DNA of 12,481 bases from a virus (IMGVR_UViG_2526164665_000018), one strand, 5' to 3'; shown: positions 1 through 8,229, counted from the stretch's first letter. Numbers and translations are program-made. The notes: generated by a model not told the origin, from the sequence alone.

Positions 1-45
1 CCGGAAATCCTGGAGACTAAACTCCCTGAGAAAGAGGTAAACAGG

Positions 46-372
46 ATGACTAAAAATACTCGTTTTTCCCCCGAAGTCCGTCAGCGGGCGATTCGTATGG
101 TTCTGGAAAGTCAGGATGAATATGACTCACAGTGGGCGGCAATTTGTTCCATTGCCCCAAAGATTGGCTGTACGCCGGAGACTCTGCGTGTCTGGGTTCG
201 CCAGCATGAGCGGGATACCGGGGGCGGTGATGGTGGGCTCACCAGTGCTGAACGTCAGCGTCTGAAAGAGCTGGAACGTGAAAATCGTGAACTGCGCCGC
301 AGTAACGATATCCTTCGCCAGGCTTCCGCTTATTTTGCGAAGGCGGAGTTCGACCGCCTCTGGAAAAAATGA
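46..372 (+). CDS. IS3-family transposase OrfA (helix-turn-helix/leucine-zipper part)
   Basis: 108-aa [25 protein letters not shown]... recognised as IS629-type OrfA. It ends in an A6 slippery run (364..369) where the IS3-family -1 frameshift into OrfB occurs. Confidence 0.9.
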   Translation: MTKNTRFSPEVRQRAIRMVLESQDEYDSQWAAICSIAPKIGCTPETLRVWVRQHERDTGGGDGGLTSAERQRLKELERENRELRRSNDILRQASAYFAKAEFDRLWKK

Positions 373-1259
373 TGCCACTGCTGGATAAGCTGCGTGAGCA
401 GTACGGGGTCGGACCGGTATGCAGCGAACTGCATATTGCCCCGTCAACGTATTACCATTGTCAGCAACAGCGACATCATCCGGATAAACGCAGTGCCCGT
501 GCGCAGCACGATGACTGGCTGAAGAAAGAGATACAGCGCGTATACGATGAAAATCACCAGGTATACGGTGTGCGTAAAGTCTGGCGTCAGTTGTTACGGG
601 AAGGTATCAGAGTGGCCAGATGCACTGTGGCACGTCTCATGGCAGTTATGGGACTTGCCGGTGTTCTCCGGGGTAAAAAGGTCCGCACTACCGTCAGCCG
701 GAAAGCCGTTGCCGCATGCGACCGCGTAAACCGTCAGTTCGTGGCAGAACGTCCAGACCAGTTGTGGGTGGCTGATTTTACCTGGGTAAGCACATGGCAG
801 GGCTTCGTTTATGTGGCGTTCATCATTGATGTGTTCGCCGGATACATCGTGGGATGGCAGGTCTCATCATCCATGGAAACAACATTCGTGCTGGATGCAC
901 TGGAGCAGGCGTTGTGGGCCCGTCGGCCGTCCGGCACAATCCATCACAGTGATAAAGGTTCTCAGTATGTATCGCTGGCCTACACGCAGCGGCTTAAGGA
1001 AGCCGGATTACTGGCATCAACAGGGAGTACTGGCGACTCGTATGACAACGCGATGGCTGAGAGCATCAATGGTCTTTACAAAGCGGAGGTAATACACCGT
1101 AATAGCTGGAAAAACCGGACAGAAGTGGAACTGGCCACACTAACGTGGGTGGACTGGTATAACAATCGACGATTGCTGGAAAGGCTGGGCCATATTCCTC
1201 CGGCAGAAGCAGAAAAAGCTTATTATGCTTCCATCGGAAATAATGATCTGGCAGCCTGA
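369..1259 (+). CDS. IS3-family transposase OrfB (DDE catalytic domain), normally expressed as an OrfAB fusion by -1 frameshifting
   Basis: 296-aa ORF overlapping OrfA in the -1 frame, with the typical DDE-transposase layout (...WVADFTWV...HSDKGSQY...YDNAMAES...). Identical in protein sequence to the minus-strand copy at 4909..5799. Confidence 0.9.
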   Translation: MMPLLDKLREQYGVGPVCSELHIAPSTYYHCQQQRHHPDKRSARAQHDDWLKKEIQRVYDENHQVYGVRKVWRQLLREGIRVARCTVARLMAVMGLAGVLRGKKVRTTVSRKAVAACDRVNRQFVAERPDQLWVADFTWVSTWQGFVYVAFIIDVFAGYIVGWQVSSSMETTFVLDALEQALWARRPSGTIHHSDKGSQYVSLAYTQRLKEAGLLASTGSTGDSYDNAMAESINGLYKAEVIHRNSWKNRTEVELATLTWVDWYNNRRLLERLGHIPPAEAEKAYYASIGNNDLAA

Positions 1260-1302
1260 GTTCACAGATAAAATACTCTCCAGGAAACCCGGGGCGGTTC
1301 AG

Positions 1303-1569
1303 CGTGATGTTGATCGCGCAGAAACAGATTTACTTATCAACCTGTCAACGCTTACCCAGCGCGGTCTGGCAAAGATGATTGGCTGTCATGAATCGAAGAT
1401 AAGCAGAACGGACTGGAGATTTATTGCTTCGGTCTTGTGTGCTTTCGGAATGGCATCAGACAACAGTCCGATTAGCAGAGCTTTTAAGTATGCGCTTGAT
1501 GGACTCACCAATAAAAAACGCCCGGTGTGCAAGACCGAGCGTTCTGAACAAATCCAGATGGAATTCTGA
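1303..1569 (+). pseudogene. cII: cII transcriptional activator homologue, 5'-truncated by the IS insertion
   Basis: The frame open after the IS end encodes ...GLTNKKRPVCKTERSEQIQMEF, matching the recalled lambda CII C-terminus (..ILTNKKRPAATERSEQIQMEF) and helix-turn-helix region. The first ~8-10 codons are missing. Position immediately upstream of O matches lambda order. Confidence 0.75.
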
Positions 1570-1601
1570 GGGAATTACTGGATCAATCCACAGGAGTCAT
1601 T

Positions 1602-2473
1602 ATGACAAATACAGCAAAAATACTCAACTTCGGCAGAGGTAACTTTGCCGAACAGGAGCGTAATGTGGCAGATCTCGATGATGGTTACGCCAGACTATCA
1701 AATATGCTGCTTGAGGCCTATTCAGGCGCAGATCTGACCAAGCGACAGTTTAAAGTGCTGCTTGCCATTCTGCGTAAAACCTATGGGTGGAATAAACCAA
1801 TGGACAGAATCACCGATTCTCAACTTAGCGAGATTACAAAGTTACCTGTCAAACGGTGCAATGAAGCCAAGTTAGAACTCGTCAGAATGAATATTATCAA
1901 GCAGCAAGGCGGCATGTTTGGACCAAATAAAAACATCTCAGAATGGTGCATCCCTCAAAACGAGGGAGGTTCCCCTAAAATGAGGGACATCCCTCAAAAC
2001 AGAGGGACACAAAAGACACTATTACAAAAGAAAAAAGAAAAGATTATTCGTCCGAGAATTCTGGCGAATCCTCTGACCAGCCAGAAAACGATCTTTCTGT
2101 GGTTAAACCGGATGCTGCAATTCAGAGCGGCAGCAAGTGGGGAACAGCAGAAGACCTGACCGCCGCAGAGTGGATGTTTGACATGGTGAAGACCATCGCA
2201 CCATCAGCCAGAAAACCGAATTTTGCAGGGTGGGCTAACGATATCCGCCTGATGCGTGAACGTGACGGACGTAACCACCGCGATATGTGTGTGCTTTTCC
2301 GCTGGGCCTGCCAGGACAACTTCTGGTCCGGTAACGTGCTGAGTCCGGCCAAACTCCGCGACAAGTGGACCCAGCTCGAAATCAACCGTAACAAGCAACA
2401 GGCAGGCGTGACAGCCAGAAAACCAAAACTCGACCTGACAAACACTGACTGGATTTACGGGGTGGATTTATGA
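1602..2473 (+). pseudogene. O: Replication initiator O, frameshifted inside the ori iteron region
   Basis: N-terminal frame (1602..2159) matches recalled lambda O (MTNTAKILNFGRGNFA...). C-terminal frame (open from 1979, first Met at 2099, to 2473) matches the lambda O C-terminus (...SGSKWGTAEDLTAAEWMFDMVKT...GVDL). The two parts are in different frames; total length 872 nt is not a multiple of 3. Confidence 0.75.
1950..2050. repeat. ori-lambda-like origin: three iterons (each an inverted repeat, TCCCTC...GAGGGA) followed by an A/T-rich stretch
   Basis: atccctcaaaacgagggag / gttcccctaaaatgagggac / atccctcaaaacagagggac at 1950..2008, then aaaagacactattacaaaagaaaaaagaaaag. Lambda has four iterons at this position inside O (established knowledge). 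Confidence 0.8.
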
Positions 2474-3171
2474 AAAACATCGCCGCACAGATGGTTAATT
2501 TTGACCGTGAGCAGATGCGTCGGATCGCCAACAACATGCCGGAACAGTACGACGAAAAGCCTCAGGTACAGCAGGTAGCGCAGATCATCAACGGTGTGTT
2601 CAGCCAGTTACTGGCAACTTTCCCGGCGAGCCTGGCTAACCGTGACCAGAACGAACTGAACGAAATCCGCCGCCAGTGGGTTCTGGCTTTCCGGGAAAAC
2701 GGGATCACCACAATGGAACAGGTTAACGCAGGAATGCGCGTAGCCCGTCGGCAGAATCGACCATTTCTGCCATCACCCGGGCAGTTTGTTGCATGGTGCC
2801 GGGAAGAAGCATCCGTTATCGCCGGACTGCCAAACGTCAGCGAGCTGGTTGATATGGTTTACGAGTATTGCCGGAAGCGAGGCCTGTATCCGGATGCGGA
2901 GTCTTATCCGTGGAAATCAAACGCGCACTACTGGCTGGTTACCAACCTGTATCAGAACATGCGGGCCAATGCGCTTACTGATGCGGAATTACGCCGTAAG
3001 GCCGCAGATGAGCTTGTCCATATGACTGCGAGAATTAACCGTGGTGAGGCGCTCCCTGAACCAGTAAAACAACTTCCTGTCATGGGCGGTAGACCTCTAA
3101 ATCGTGCACAGGCTCTGGCGAAGATCGCAGAACTCAAAGCTAAGTTCGGACTGAAAGGAGCAAGTGTATGA
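2470..3171 (+). CDS. P: Replication protein P (DnaB helicase loader)
   Basis: 233-aa ORF MKNIAAQMVNFDREQMRRIANNMPEQYDEK..., near-identical to recalled lambda P. Start overlaps the O stop. Confidence 0.92.
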   Translation: MKNIAAQMVNFDREQMRRIANNMPEQYDEKPQVQQVAQIINGVFSQLLATFPASLANRDQNELNEIRRQWVLAFRENGITTMEQVNAGMRVARRQNRPFLPSPGQFVAWCREEASVIAGLPNVSELVDMVYEYCRKRGLYPDAESYPWKSNAHYWLVTNLYQNMRANALTDAELRRKAADELVHMTARINRGEALPEPVKQLPVMGGRPLNRAQALAKIAELKAKFGLKGASV

Positions 3172-3458
3172 CGGGCAAAGAGGCAATTATTCATTACCTG
3201 GGGACGCATAATAGCTTCTGTGCGCCGGACGTTGCCGCGCTAACAGGCGCAACAGTAACCAGCATAAATCAGGCCGCGGCTAAAATGGCACGGGCAGGTC
3301 TTCTGGTTATCGAAGGTAAGGTCTGGCGAACGGTGTATTACCGGTTTGCTACCAAGGAAGAACGGGAAGGAAAGATGAGCACGAACCTAATTTTTAAGGA
3401 GTGTCGCCAGAGTGCCGCGATGAAACGGGTATTGGCGGTATATGGAGTTAAAAGATGA
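3168..3458 (+). CDS. ren: Ren (Rex-exclusion relief protein)
   Basis: 96-aa ORF MTGKEAIIHYLGTHNSFCAPDVAALTGA..., matching recalled lambda Ren in sequence, length and position after P. Confidence 0.88.
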   Translation: MTGKEAIIHYLGTHNSFCAPDVAALTGATVTSINQAAAKMARAGLLVIEGKVWRTVYYRFATKEEREGKMSTNLIFKECRQSAAMKRVLAVYGVKR

Positions 3459-3538
3459 CCATCTACATCACTGAGCTAATAACAGGCCTGCTGGTAATCG
3501 CAGGCCTTTTTATTTGGGGGAGAGTAAATCGTGGCTGA
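3455..3538 (+). CDS. Candidate 27-aa single-pass membrane peptide (MTIYITELITGLLVIAGLFIWGRVNRG)
   Basis: ATG overlaps the ren stop (ATGA coupling) and the peptide has a hydrophobic core. Too short for the ORF track, so support is only sequence-level. Confidence 0.25.
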   Translation: MTIYITELITGLLVIAGLFIWGRVNRG

Positions 3539-3754
3539 GTTTATGCTCGTCGCACTCAAATGCGTTGGCGTTTGATGGATTCTTCTGACGTTATTTATTG
3601 TTCTGCATAGCTACATTCGTCTTGTGAATGACGGTAAAGACCCATGGTATACGTTGTTTGGCGCTGCATTTGTCTGGGTGATTATCGGTGTTGCGCCTGT
3701 CGCTGTAGCAAAAATGGCGTGGCGTTTTGTGAGTTGAACTGAGGGTAAGTATCG

Positions 3755-4111
3755 ATGGACGAATCAAGAAAGCAGTTTGAGGAATACGTTGCCAAAAAAT
3801 TGAGATTACCATTCGAGATGATAACCGAGGCAAGAAATGGTGATAGGTACTTCGCATTTTCAAGCATGGATATTCGTCACTCCTTAAATGAGTGGTGGAC
3901 TTTATGGCAGGCATCGCGAGCAGCTATTGAACTGGATATCGACTGGCCAGAATCGAATGACGACTTTTGGAAAGATGGTGAAGAAGGTGCTTATGCGATG
4001 GGTTATGAGGATGGGCGTGACAAAACGGTAATTGCAGTAATGAAAGCTATCAGAGCCGCTGGAATTAAAGAGAAGAATTTCGATGAAGCAAACAATATTC
4101 CTCCGAACTAA
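3755..4111 (+). CDS. Hypothetical acidic phage protein (118 aa), accessory gene between ren and ninB
   Basis: Clean ORF with a GAGGG Shine-Dalgarno-like motif ~11 nt upstream of the ATG, rich in Asp/Glu. No family recognised. Lambda has ren and ninB almost adjacent, so this lies in an insert. Confidence 0.6.
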   Translation: MDESRKQFEEYVAKKLRLPFEMITEARNGDRYFAFSSMDIRHSLNEWWTLWQASRAAIELDIDWPESNDDFWKDGEEGAYAMGYEDGRDKTVIAVMKAIRAAGIKEKNFDEANNIPPN

Positions 4112-4493
4112 GCAACAACAGCAAGCCGCAATCAACGCCATCCTCGCAACACCACTCGATAAAGACAAGCCAGTCACCATCCGCATTACTGACTACAAGC
4201 GCAACCTTGACCAGAACGCAAAATTTCACGCGATGCTGGCGGATATCGCACGTCAGGTTCAATGGTGCGATAAGTGGTTAAAACCAGAACAATGGAAGGT
4301 TTTGTTGATTAGCGGTCATGCAGTGGCAACAAAGCAGGAAGCTGATGTTTTGCCCGGCCTTGAAGGCGAATACGTCAACATTCGCGAAAGTAGCGCGCAG
4401 ATGAGTGTGAAGCGTATGGCAAGTCTGATTGAGTACACGACAGCATGGGCTATTGGTCAGGGCGTCAGATTTACCGACAGGAGGTACGAATGA
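4083..4493 (+). CDS. ninB: NinB (Orf-family recombination mediator)
   Basis: 136-aa ORF whose ...[33 protein letters not shown]... matches the recalled lambda NinB pattern (...IVVTIQERNRSLDQNRKLWACLGDVSRQVEW...). Confidence 0.85.
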   Translation: MKQTIFLRTKQQQQAAINAILATPLDKDKPVTIRITDYKRNLDQNAKFHAMLADIARQVQWCDKWLKPEQWKVLLISGHAVATKQEADVLPGLEGEYVNIRESSAQMSVKRMASLIEYTTAWAIGQGVRFTDRRYE

Positions 4494-4666
4494 GACGACA
4501 GCGACGAAGTATCACCGACATAATCTGTGAAAACTGCAAATACCTTCCAACGAAACGCTCCAGAAATAAACGCAAGCCAATCCCAAAAGAATCTGACGTA
4601 AAAACCTTCAACTACACGGCTCACCTGTGGGATATCCGGTGGCTAAGACATCGTGCGAGGAAATGA
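4490..4666 (+). CDS. ninE: NinE
   Basis: [58 protein letters not shown] (58 aa) from the ATG at 4490, preceded by AGGAGG, near-identical to recalled lambda NinE. The track ORF 4445..4666 is the same frame extended upstream. Confidence 0.85.
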   Translation: MRRQRRSITDIICENCKYLPTKRSRNKRKPIPKESDVKTFNYTAHLWDIRWLRHRARK

Positions 4667-4866
4667 CAATGCTTTTAATTCAACCTGGATTTGGACTTAG
4701 CATCAAAAAAGGCCACATGTTTGGCGAGAAAGAGTCACAACGAAAAATGGTGTCTATCCGGTTGCCATTTATCAGTATTTATTGGCTAAACAGGGAGGCA
4801 ACAAATTATTGGTATACATGCGCCAGAGCAGCATTTAACGACCCTGACTGGTTTGTGAAAAACCAC
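4663..4866 (+). pseudogene. 5' part of a nin-region ORF interrupted by IS629 copy 2
   Basis: ATG at 4663 overlaps the ninE stop. The frame runs into the IS, whose first three bases (tga) create the stop of track ORF 4627..4869. The frame resumes in phase after the IS (see 6213..6383). Confidence 0.4.
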
Positions 4867-4908
4867 TGAACCGCCCCGGGTTTCCTGGAGAGTATTTTAT
4901 CTGTGAAC

Positions 4909-5799
4909 TCAGGCTGCCAGATCATTATTTCCGATGGAAGCATAATAAGCTTTTTCTGCTTCTGCCGGAGGAATATGGCCCAGCCTTTCCAGCAATCGTC
5001 GATTGTTATACCAGTCCACCCACGTTAGTGTGGCCAGTTCCACTTCTGTCCGGTTTTTCCAGCTATTACGGTGTATTACCTCCGCTTTGTAAAGACCATT
5101 GATGCTCTCAGCCATCGCGTTGTCATACGAGTCGCCAGTACTCCCTGTTGATGCCAGTAATCCGGCTTCCTTAAGCCGCTGCGTGTAGGCCAGCGATACA
5201 TACTGAGAACCTTTATCACTGTGATGGATTGTGCCGGACGGCCGACGGGCCCACAACGCCTGCTCCAGTGCATCCAGCACGAATGTTGTTTCCATGGATG
5301 ATGAGACCTGCCATCCCACGATGTATCCGGCGAACACATCAATGATGAACGCCACATAAACGAAGCCCTGCCATGTGCTTACCCAGGTAAAATCAGCCAC
5401 CCACAACTGGTCTGGACGTTCTGCCACGAACTGACGGTTTACGCGGTCGCATGCGGCAACGGCTTTCCGGCTGACGGTAGTGCGGACCTTTTTACCCCGG
5501 AGAACACCGGCAAGTCCCATAACTGCCATGAGACGTGCCACAGTGCATCTGGCCACTCTGATACCTTCCCGTAACAACTGACGCCAGACTTTACGCACAC
5601 CGTATACCTGGTGATTTTCATCGTATACGCGCTGTATCTCTTTCTTCAGCCAGTCATCGTGCTGCGCACGGGCACTGCGTTTATCCGGATGATGTCGCTG
5701 TTGCTGACAATGGTAATACGTTGACGGGGCAATATGCAGTTCGCTGCATACCGGTCCGACCCCGTACTGCTCACGCAGCTTATCCAGCAGTGGCATCAT
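4909..5799 (-). CDS. IS3-family transposase OrfB (copy 2)
   Basis: 296-aa ORF identical to 369..1259. Confidence 0.9.
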   Translation of the reverse strand: MMPLLDKLREQYGVGPVCSELHIAPSTYYHCQQQRHHPDKRSARAQHDDWLKKEIQRVYDENHQVYGVRKVWRQLLREGIRVARCTVARLMAVMGLAGVLRGKKVRTTVSRKAVAACDRVNRQFVAERPDQLWVADFTWVSTWQGFVYVAFIIDVFAGYIVGWQVSSSMETTFVLDALEQALWARRPSGTIHHSDKGSQYVSLAYTQRLKEAGLLASTGSTGDSYDNAMAESINGLYKAEVIHRNSWKNRTEVELATLTWVDWYNNRRLLERLGHIPPAEAEKAYYASIGNNDLAA

Positions 5800-6122
5800 T
5801 TTTTCCAGAGGCGGTCGAACTCCGCCTTCGCAAAATAAGCGGAAGCCTGGCGAAGGATATCGTTACTGCGGCGCAGTTCACGATTTTCACGTTCCAGCTC
5901 TTTCAGACGCTGACGTTCAGCACTGGTGAGCCCACCATCACCGCCCCCGGTATCCCGCTCATGCTGGCGAACCCAGACACGCAGAGTCTCCGGCGTACAG
6001 CCAATCTTTGGGGCAATGGAACAAATTGCCGCCCACTGTGAGTCATATTCATCCTGACTTTCCAGAACCATACGAATCGCCCGCTGACGGACTTCGGGGG
6101 AAAAACGAGTATTTTTAGTCAT
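5796..6122 (-). CDS. IS3-family transposase OrfA (copy 2)
   Basis: 108-aa ORF identical to 46..372. Confidence 0.9.
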   Translation of the reverse strand: MTKNTRFSPEVRQRAIRMVLESQDEYDSQWAAICSIAPKIGCTPETLRVWVRQHERDTGGGDGGLTSAERQRLKELERENRELRRSNDILRQASAYFAKAEFDRLWKK

Positions 6123-6212
6123 CCTGTTTACCTCTTTCTCAGGGAGTTTAGTCTCCAGGATTTCCGGGGCGGTTCACACCACGCAGTTCGTCAGGCAAAG
6201 AGAAAGGCCAAT

Positions 6213-6383
6213 ATGACATACATGAAGGCGTATCAAAAAGCATGGAAAGAACACCGCGATCGATACCAACAAGACATGGAAAAGCTTGAATCAGAAAACA
6301 TGGAATTAAGACGAAAGCTCGGTGAAGCAAAACGAGACATTGATGCTTACAAGCGACTTTTTAATGGTGAAAGCCATGCTTAG
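6213..6383 (+). CDS. 56-aa predicted coiled-coil protein (MTYMKAYQKAWKEHRDRYQQDMEKLESENMELRRKLGEAKRDIDAYKRLFNGESHA); possibly the 3' remainder of the ORF split by IS629 copy 2
   Basis: AAAGG Shine-Dalgarno-like motif 5-6 nt upstream of the ATG at 6213. In frame with 4663..4866 once the IS and one TSD copy are removed. Overlaps the ninF start by 8 nt. Confidence 0.4.
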   Translation: MTYMKAYQKAWKEHRDRYQQDMEKLESENMELRRKLGEAKRDIDAYKRLFNGESHA

Positions 6384-6552
6384 CCCATCCCAATCCCTTC
6401 AATACCAGAAAGAAAGCGTCGAGCGAGCTTTAACGTGCGCTAACTGCGGTCAGAAGCTGCATGTGCTGGAAGTTCACGTGTGTGAGTACTGCTGCGCAGA
6501 ACTGATGAGCGATCCGAATAGCTCAATGTACGAGGAAGAAGACGATGAATGA
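6376..6552 (+). CDS. ninF: NinF
   Basis: MLSPSQSLQYQKESVERALTCANCGQKLHVLEVHVCEYCCAELMSDPNSSMYEEEDDE matches recalled lambda NinF. The track ORF 6322..6552 is the same frame from an upstream Met. Confidence 0.8.
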   Translation: MLSPSQSLQYQKESVERALTCANCGQKLHVLEVHVCEYCCAELMSDPNSSMYEEEDDE

Positions 6553-7267
6553 GTTAATAAATGGCAATGCCATCAAAATGACAAGCATTGAAATAGCTGA
6601 GTTGGTGGGTAAGCGTCATGACAATGTGAAACGTACCATCGAAACGCTGGCTAAAAATGGTGTTATCCGGCTTCCTCAAATTGAGGTTTCCGAAAGAATC
6701 AATAACTTAGGGTTCAATGTTCAGTACGAGCATTACGTCTTCGAGGGCGAACAAGGTAAGCGAGACAGTATTGTCGTTGTTGCCCAGTTGTCGCCAGAGT
6801 TCACCGCTCGTCTTGTTGACCGTTGGCGAGAGCTTGAAGAAACTGCGGTTAATATCCCCAAAACGTTACCGGAAGCGTTGCGCCTTGCTGCTGATCTTGC
6901 TGAGCAGAAAATGCAACTGGAAAACCAGCTCGCAATTGCCGCACCTAAAGTTGAGTTTGCCGATCGCGTTGGCGAGGCCAGCGGAATTTTGATTGGAAAC
7001 TTTGCAAAGGTTGTTGGTATTGGTCCAAACAAACTGTTTGCGTGGATGCGCGATCACAAAATCCTTATTGCTTCAGGTTCCCGGCGCAATGTGCCAATGC
7101 AGGAATATATGGATCGCGGCTATTTCACAGTGAAAGAAACAGCGGTCAACACAAATCACGGAATACAGATATCGTTCACCACAAAAATCACCGGGCGTGG
7201 TCAACAGTGGCTGACCAGAAAGCTGCTCGATAACGGAATGCTGAAAGTAACAGGGGAGGCTGCTTAA
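6545..7267 (+). CDS. roi: Roi-like DNA-binding protein (antirepressor family; Rha/Bro-N-like N-terminus, KilA-C/ANT-like C-terminus)
   Basis: 240-aa ORF; the N-terminus ...MTSIEIAELVGKRHDNVKRTIETL... resembles phage regulatory Rha/Bro-N domains. Length and nin-region position fit the Roi protein of HK022-type phages. Domain call is from memory. Confidence 0.65.
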   Translation: MNELINGNAIKMTSIEIAELVGKRHDNVKRTIETLAKNGVIRLPQIEVSERINNLGFNVQYEHYVFEGEQGKRDSIVVVAQLSPEFTARLVDRWRELEETAVNIPKTLPEALRLAADLAEQKMQLENQLAIAAPKVEFADRVGEASGILIGNFAKVVGIGPNKLFAWMRDHKILIASGSRRNVPMQEYMDRGYFTVKETAVNTNHGIQISFTTKITGRGQQWLTRKLLDNGMLKVTGEAA

Positions 7268-7557
7268 TGGCTAACCTACGCAAAGAATCTCGCGGCAGAG
7301 AATGCCAGGTACGTATTTACGGCATATGCAATGGCAATCCTGAAACTACAGTTCTGGCACATTACCGGATGGCTGGAATTTGCGGAACGGGAATGAAGCC
7401 TGACGACCTGATCGGCGCATGGGCTTGTAGCGCGTGTCACGATGAAATCGACCGACGCACCCATAACCTCGACAACAAAGACGCCAGACTTTACCACCTC
7501 GAAGGCGTGATCAGGACGCAGGCGATACTGCTGAAGGAGGGGAAGATTAAGTCATGA
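7267..7557 (+). CDS. ybcO: YbcO-like DUF1364 protein (putative nuclease)
   Basis: 96-aa ORF MANLRKESRGRECQVRIYGICNGNPETTVLAHYR...CSACHDEIDRRTH... resembles recalled DLP12 YbcO. Lies immediately upstream of rusA, as in DLP12. Confidence 0.75.
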   Translation: MANLRKESRGRECQVRIYGICNGNPETTVLAHYRMAGICGTGMKPDDLIGAWACSACHDEIDRRTHNLDNKDARLYHLEGVIRTQAILLKEGKIKS

Positions 7558-7916
7558 ACGAATATCAGTTTGTGCTTCCATACCCGCCGTCGGTGAATAC
7601 CTACTGGCGAAGACGGGGAAGCCAATACTACATCAGCGATAAAGGCCAGAAATACCGAAAAGACGTTCAGCAAATCATCCACCAACTCAAGTTAGATATT
7701 TTCACCAAATCACGACTCCGCATCAAAGTAATCGCAGACGTTCCAGACTCCCGCCGCCGCGACCTAGATAACATCCTGAAGGGTTTACTCGACTCCCTTA
7801 TCCATGCCGGATTTGCGGAAGACGACGAGCAATTCGATGACATTCGCGTAATTCGTGGTGTGAAAGTACCAGGCGGACGGCTTGGAATAAAAATCACCGA
7901 ACTGGAGAACGCATGA
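7554..7916 (+). CDS. rusA: RusA Holliday-junction resolvase
   Basis: 120-aa ORF with ...PDSRRRDLDNILKGLLDSLIHAGF...GGRLGIKITELENA, matching the conserved RusA core (..PDRRRRDLDNLQKA..GGRLELTITEMGNE). Confidence 0.88.
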   Translation: MNEYQFVLPYPPSVNTYWRRRGSQYYISDKGQKYRKDVQQIIHQLKLDIFTKSRLRIKVIADVPDSRRRDLDNILKGLLDSLIHAGFAEDDEQFDDIRVIRGVKVPGGRLGIKITELENA

Positions 7917-8101
7917 ACGCCACAATTCAAACGATACCAGAGCTTCTTATCCAGACACGAGGCAATCAGACCGAAGTGGCGAGGATGCTTTCCTGCGCAA
8001 GAGGAACAGTGCTCAAGTACAACCGAGACAGCAAAGGCGAGCGTCATGTAATAGTTAACGGCGTCCTGATGGTCAAACAGGGCAAGAGGGGAAGACGATG
8101 A
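7913..8101 (+). CDS. ninH: NinH
   Basis: 62-aa ORF ...TIPELLIQTRGNQTEVARMLSCARGTVLKYNRDSKGERHVIVNGVLMV... matches recalled lambda NinH (..TIPDMLVEAYGNQTEVARRLKCSRGTVRKY..). Confidence 0.8.
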   Translation: MNATIQTIPELLIQTRGNQTEVARMLSCARGTVLKYNRDSKGERHVIVNGVLMVKQGKRGRR

Positions 8102-8187
8102 GACTCGAAAGCGTAGCTAAATTTCATTCGCCAAAAAGCCCGATGATGAGCGACTCACTACTGGCCACAGTTTATTGGTTTTCGTAA
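8098..8187 (+). pseudogene. Q: Remnant of a lambda-type Q antiterminator gene (first 20 codons only)
   Basis: MRLESVAKFHSPKSPMMSDS (8098..8157) equals the recalled lambda Q N-terminus; the frame then diverges and stops at 8187. The ATG overlaps the ninH stop. Confidence 0.65.
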
Positions 8188-8229
8188 CTGAGTCATTTTA
8201 TTATTTTATTGCAACTTTTAATCTTTTAT

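Larger units (their letters stand above)
1..1301 (+). mobile_element. IS3-family insertion sequence (IS629/IS1203-like), copy 1; about 9 bp of its left end lies before the window start
   Basis: Contains the OrfA/OrfB pair typical of the IS3 family. The right end ...ccaggaaacccggggcggttca (ending at 1301) is the reverse complement of the left end of copy 2. The window opens 9 bp inside the left inverted repeat (ccggaaatcctggag...). Family assignment is from recalled OrfA/OrfB sequences. Confidence 0.9.
4867..6176 (-). mobile_element. IS3-family insertion sequence (IS629/IS1203-like), copy 2, complete (1310 bp) with 3-bp target-site duplication CAC
   Basis: Ends tgaaccgccccgggtttcctggag... (4867) and ...ctccaggatttccggggcggttca (6176). 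Flanked by cac at 4864..4866 and 6177..6179. Inverted relative to copy 1; encoded proteins are identical to copy 1. Confidence 0.92.

Noticed and set aside
127-447. 106-aa minus-strand ORF antisense to IS629 OrfA (mirrored at 5721..6041 on the + strand)
   Set aside because: Lies entirely antisense within a well-supported transposase gene; a typical shadow ORF of GC-rich coding sequence.
547-1092. Alternative-frame ORFs inside OrfB (547..729, 811..1092; mirrored at 5439..5621 and 5076..5357)
   Set aside because: Embedded in alternate frames of the transposase gene with no independent support.
2122-2445. Minus-strand ORFs 2122..2445 and 2204..2398 inside O
   Set aside because: Antisense to the conserved O C-terminal coding region.
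2786-3209. ORFs 2786..3025 (+) and 2952..3209 (-) inside P
   Set aside because: Overlap the highly conserved P gene in other frames.
3591-4262. Minus-strand ORFs 3591..3914, 3682..3867, 3902..4186 and 4065..4262
   Set aside because: Antisense to the + strand operon (the 118-aa ORF and ninB); they run against the direction of every supported gene in this region.
6717-7233. ORFs 6717..6992 (+), 6733..7032 (-), 6866..7057 (-) and 7042..7233 (+) overlapping the roi-like gene
   Set aside because: Alternate-frame or antisense overlaps of a well-supported 240-aa gene.
7276-8047. Minus-strand ORFs 7276..7497, 7491..7685 and 7667..8047
   Set aside because: Antisense to the ybcO-like, rusA and ninH genes, which have clear homology.
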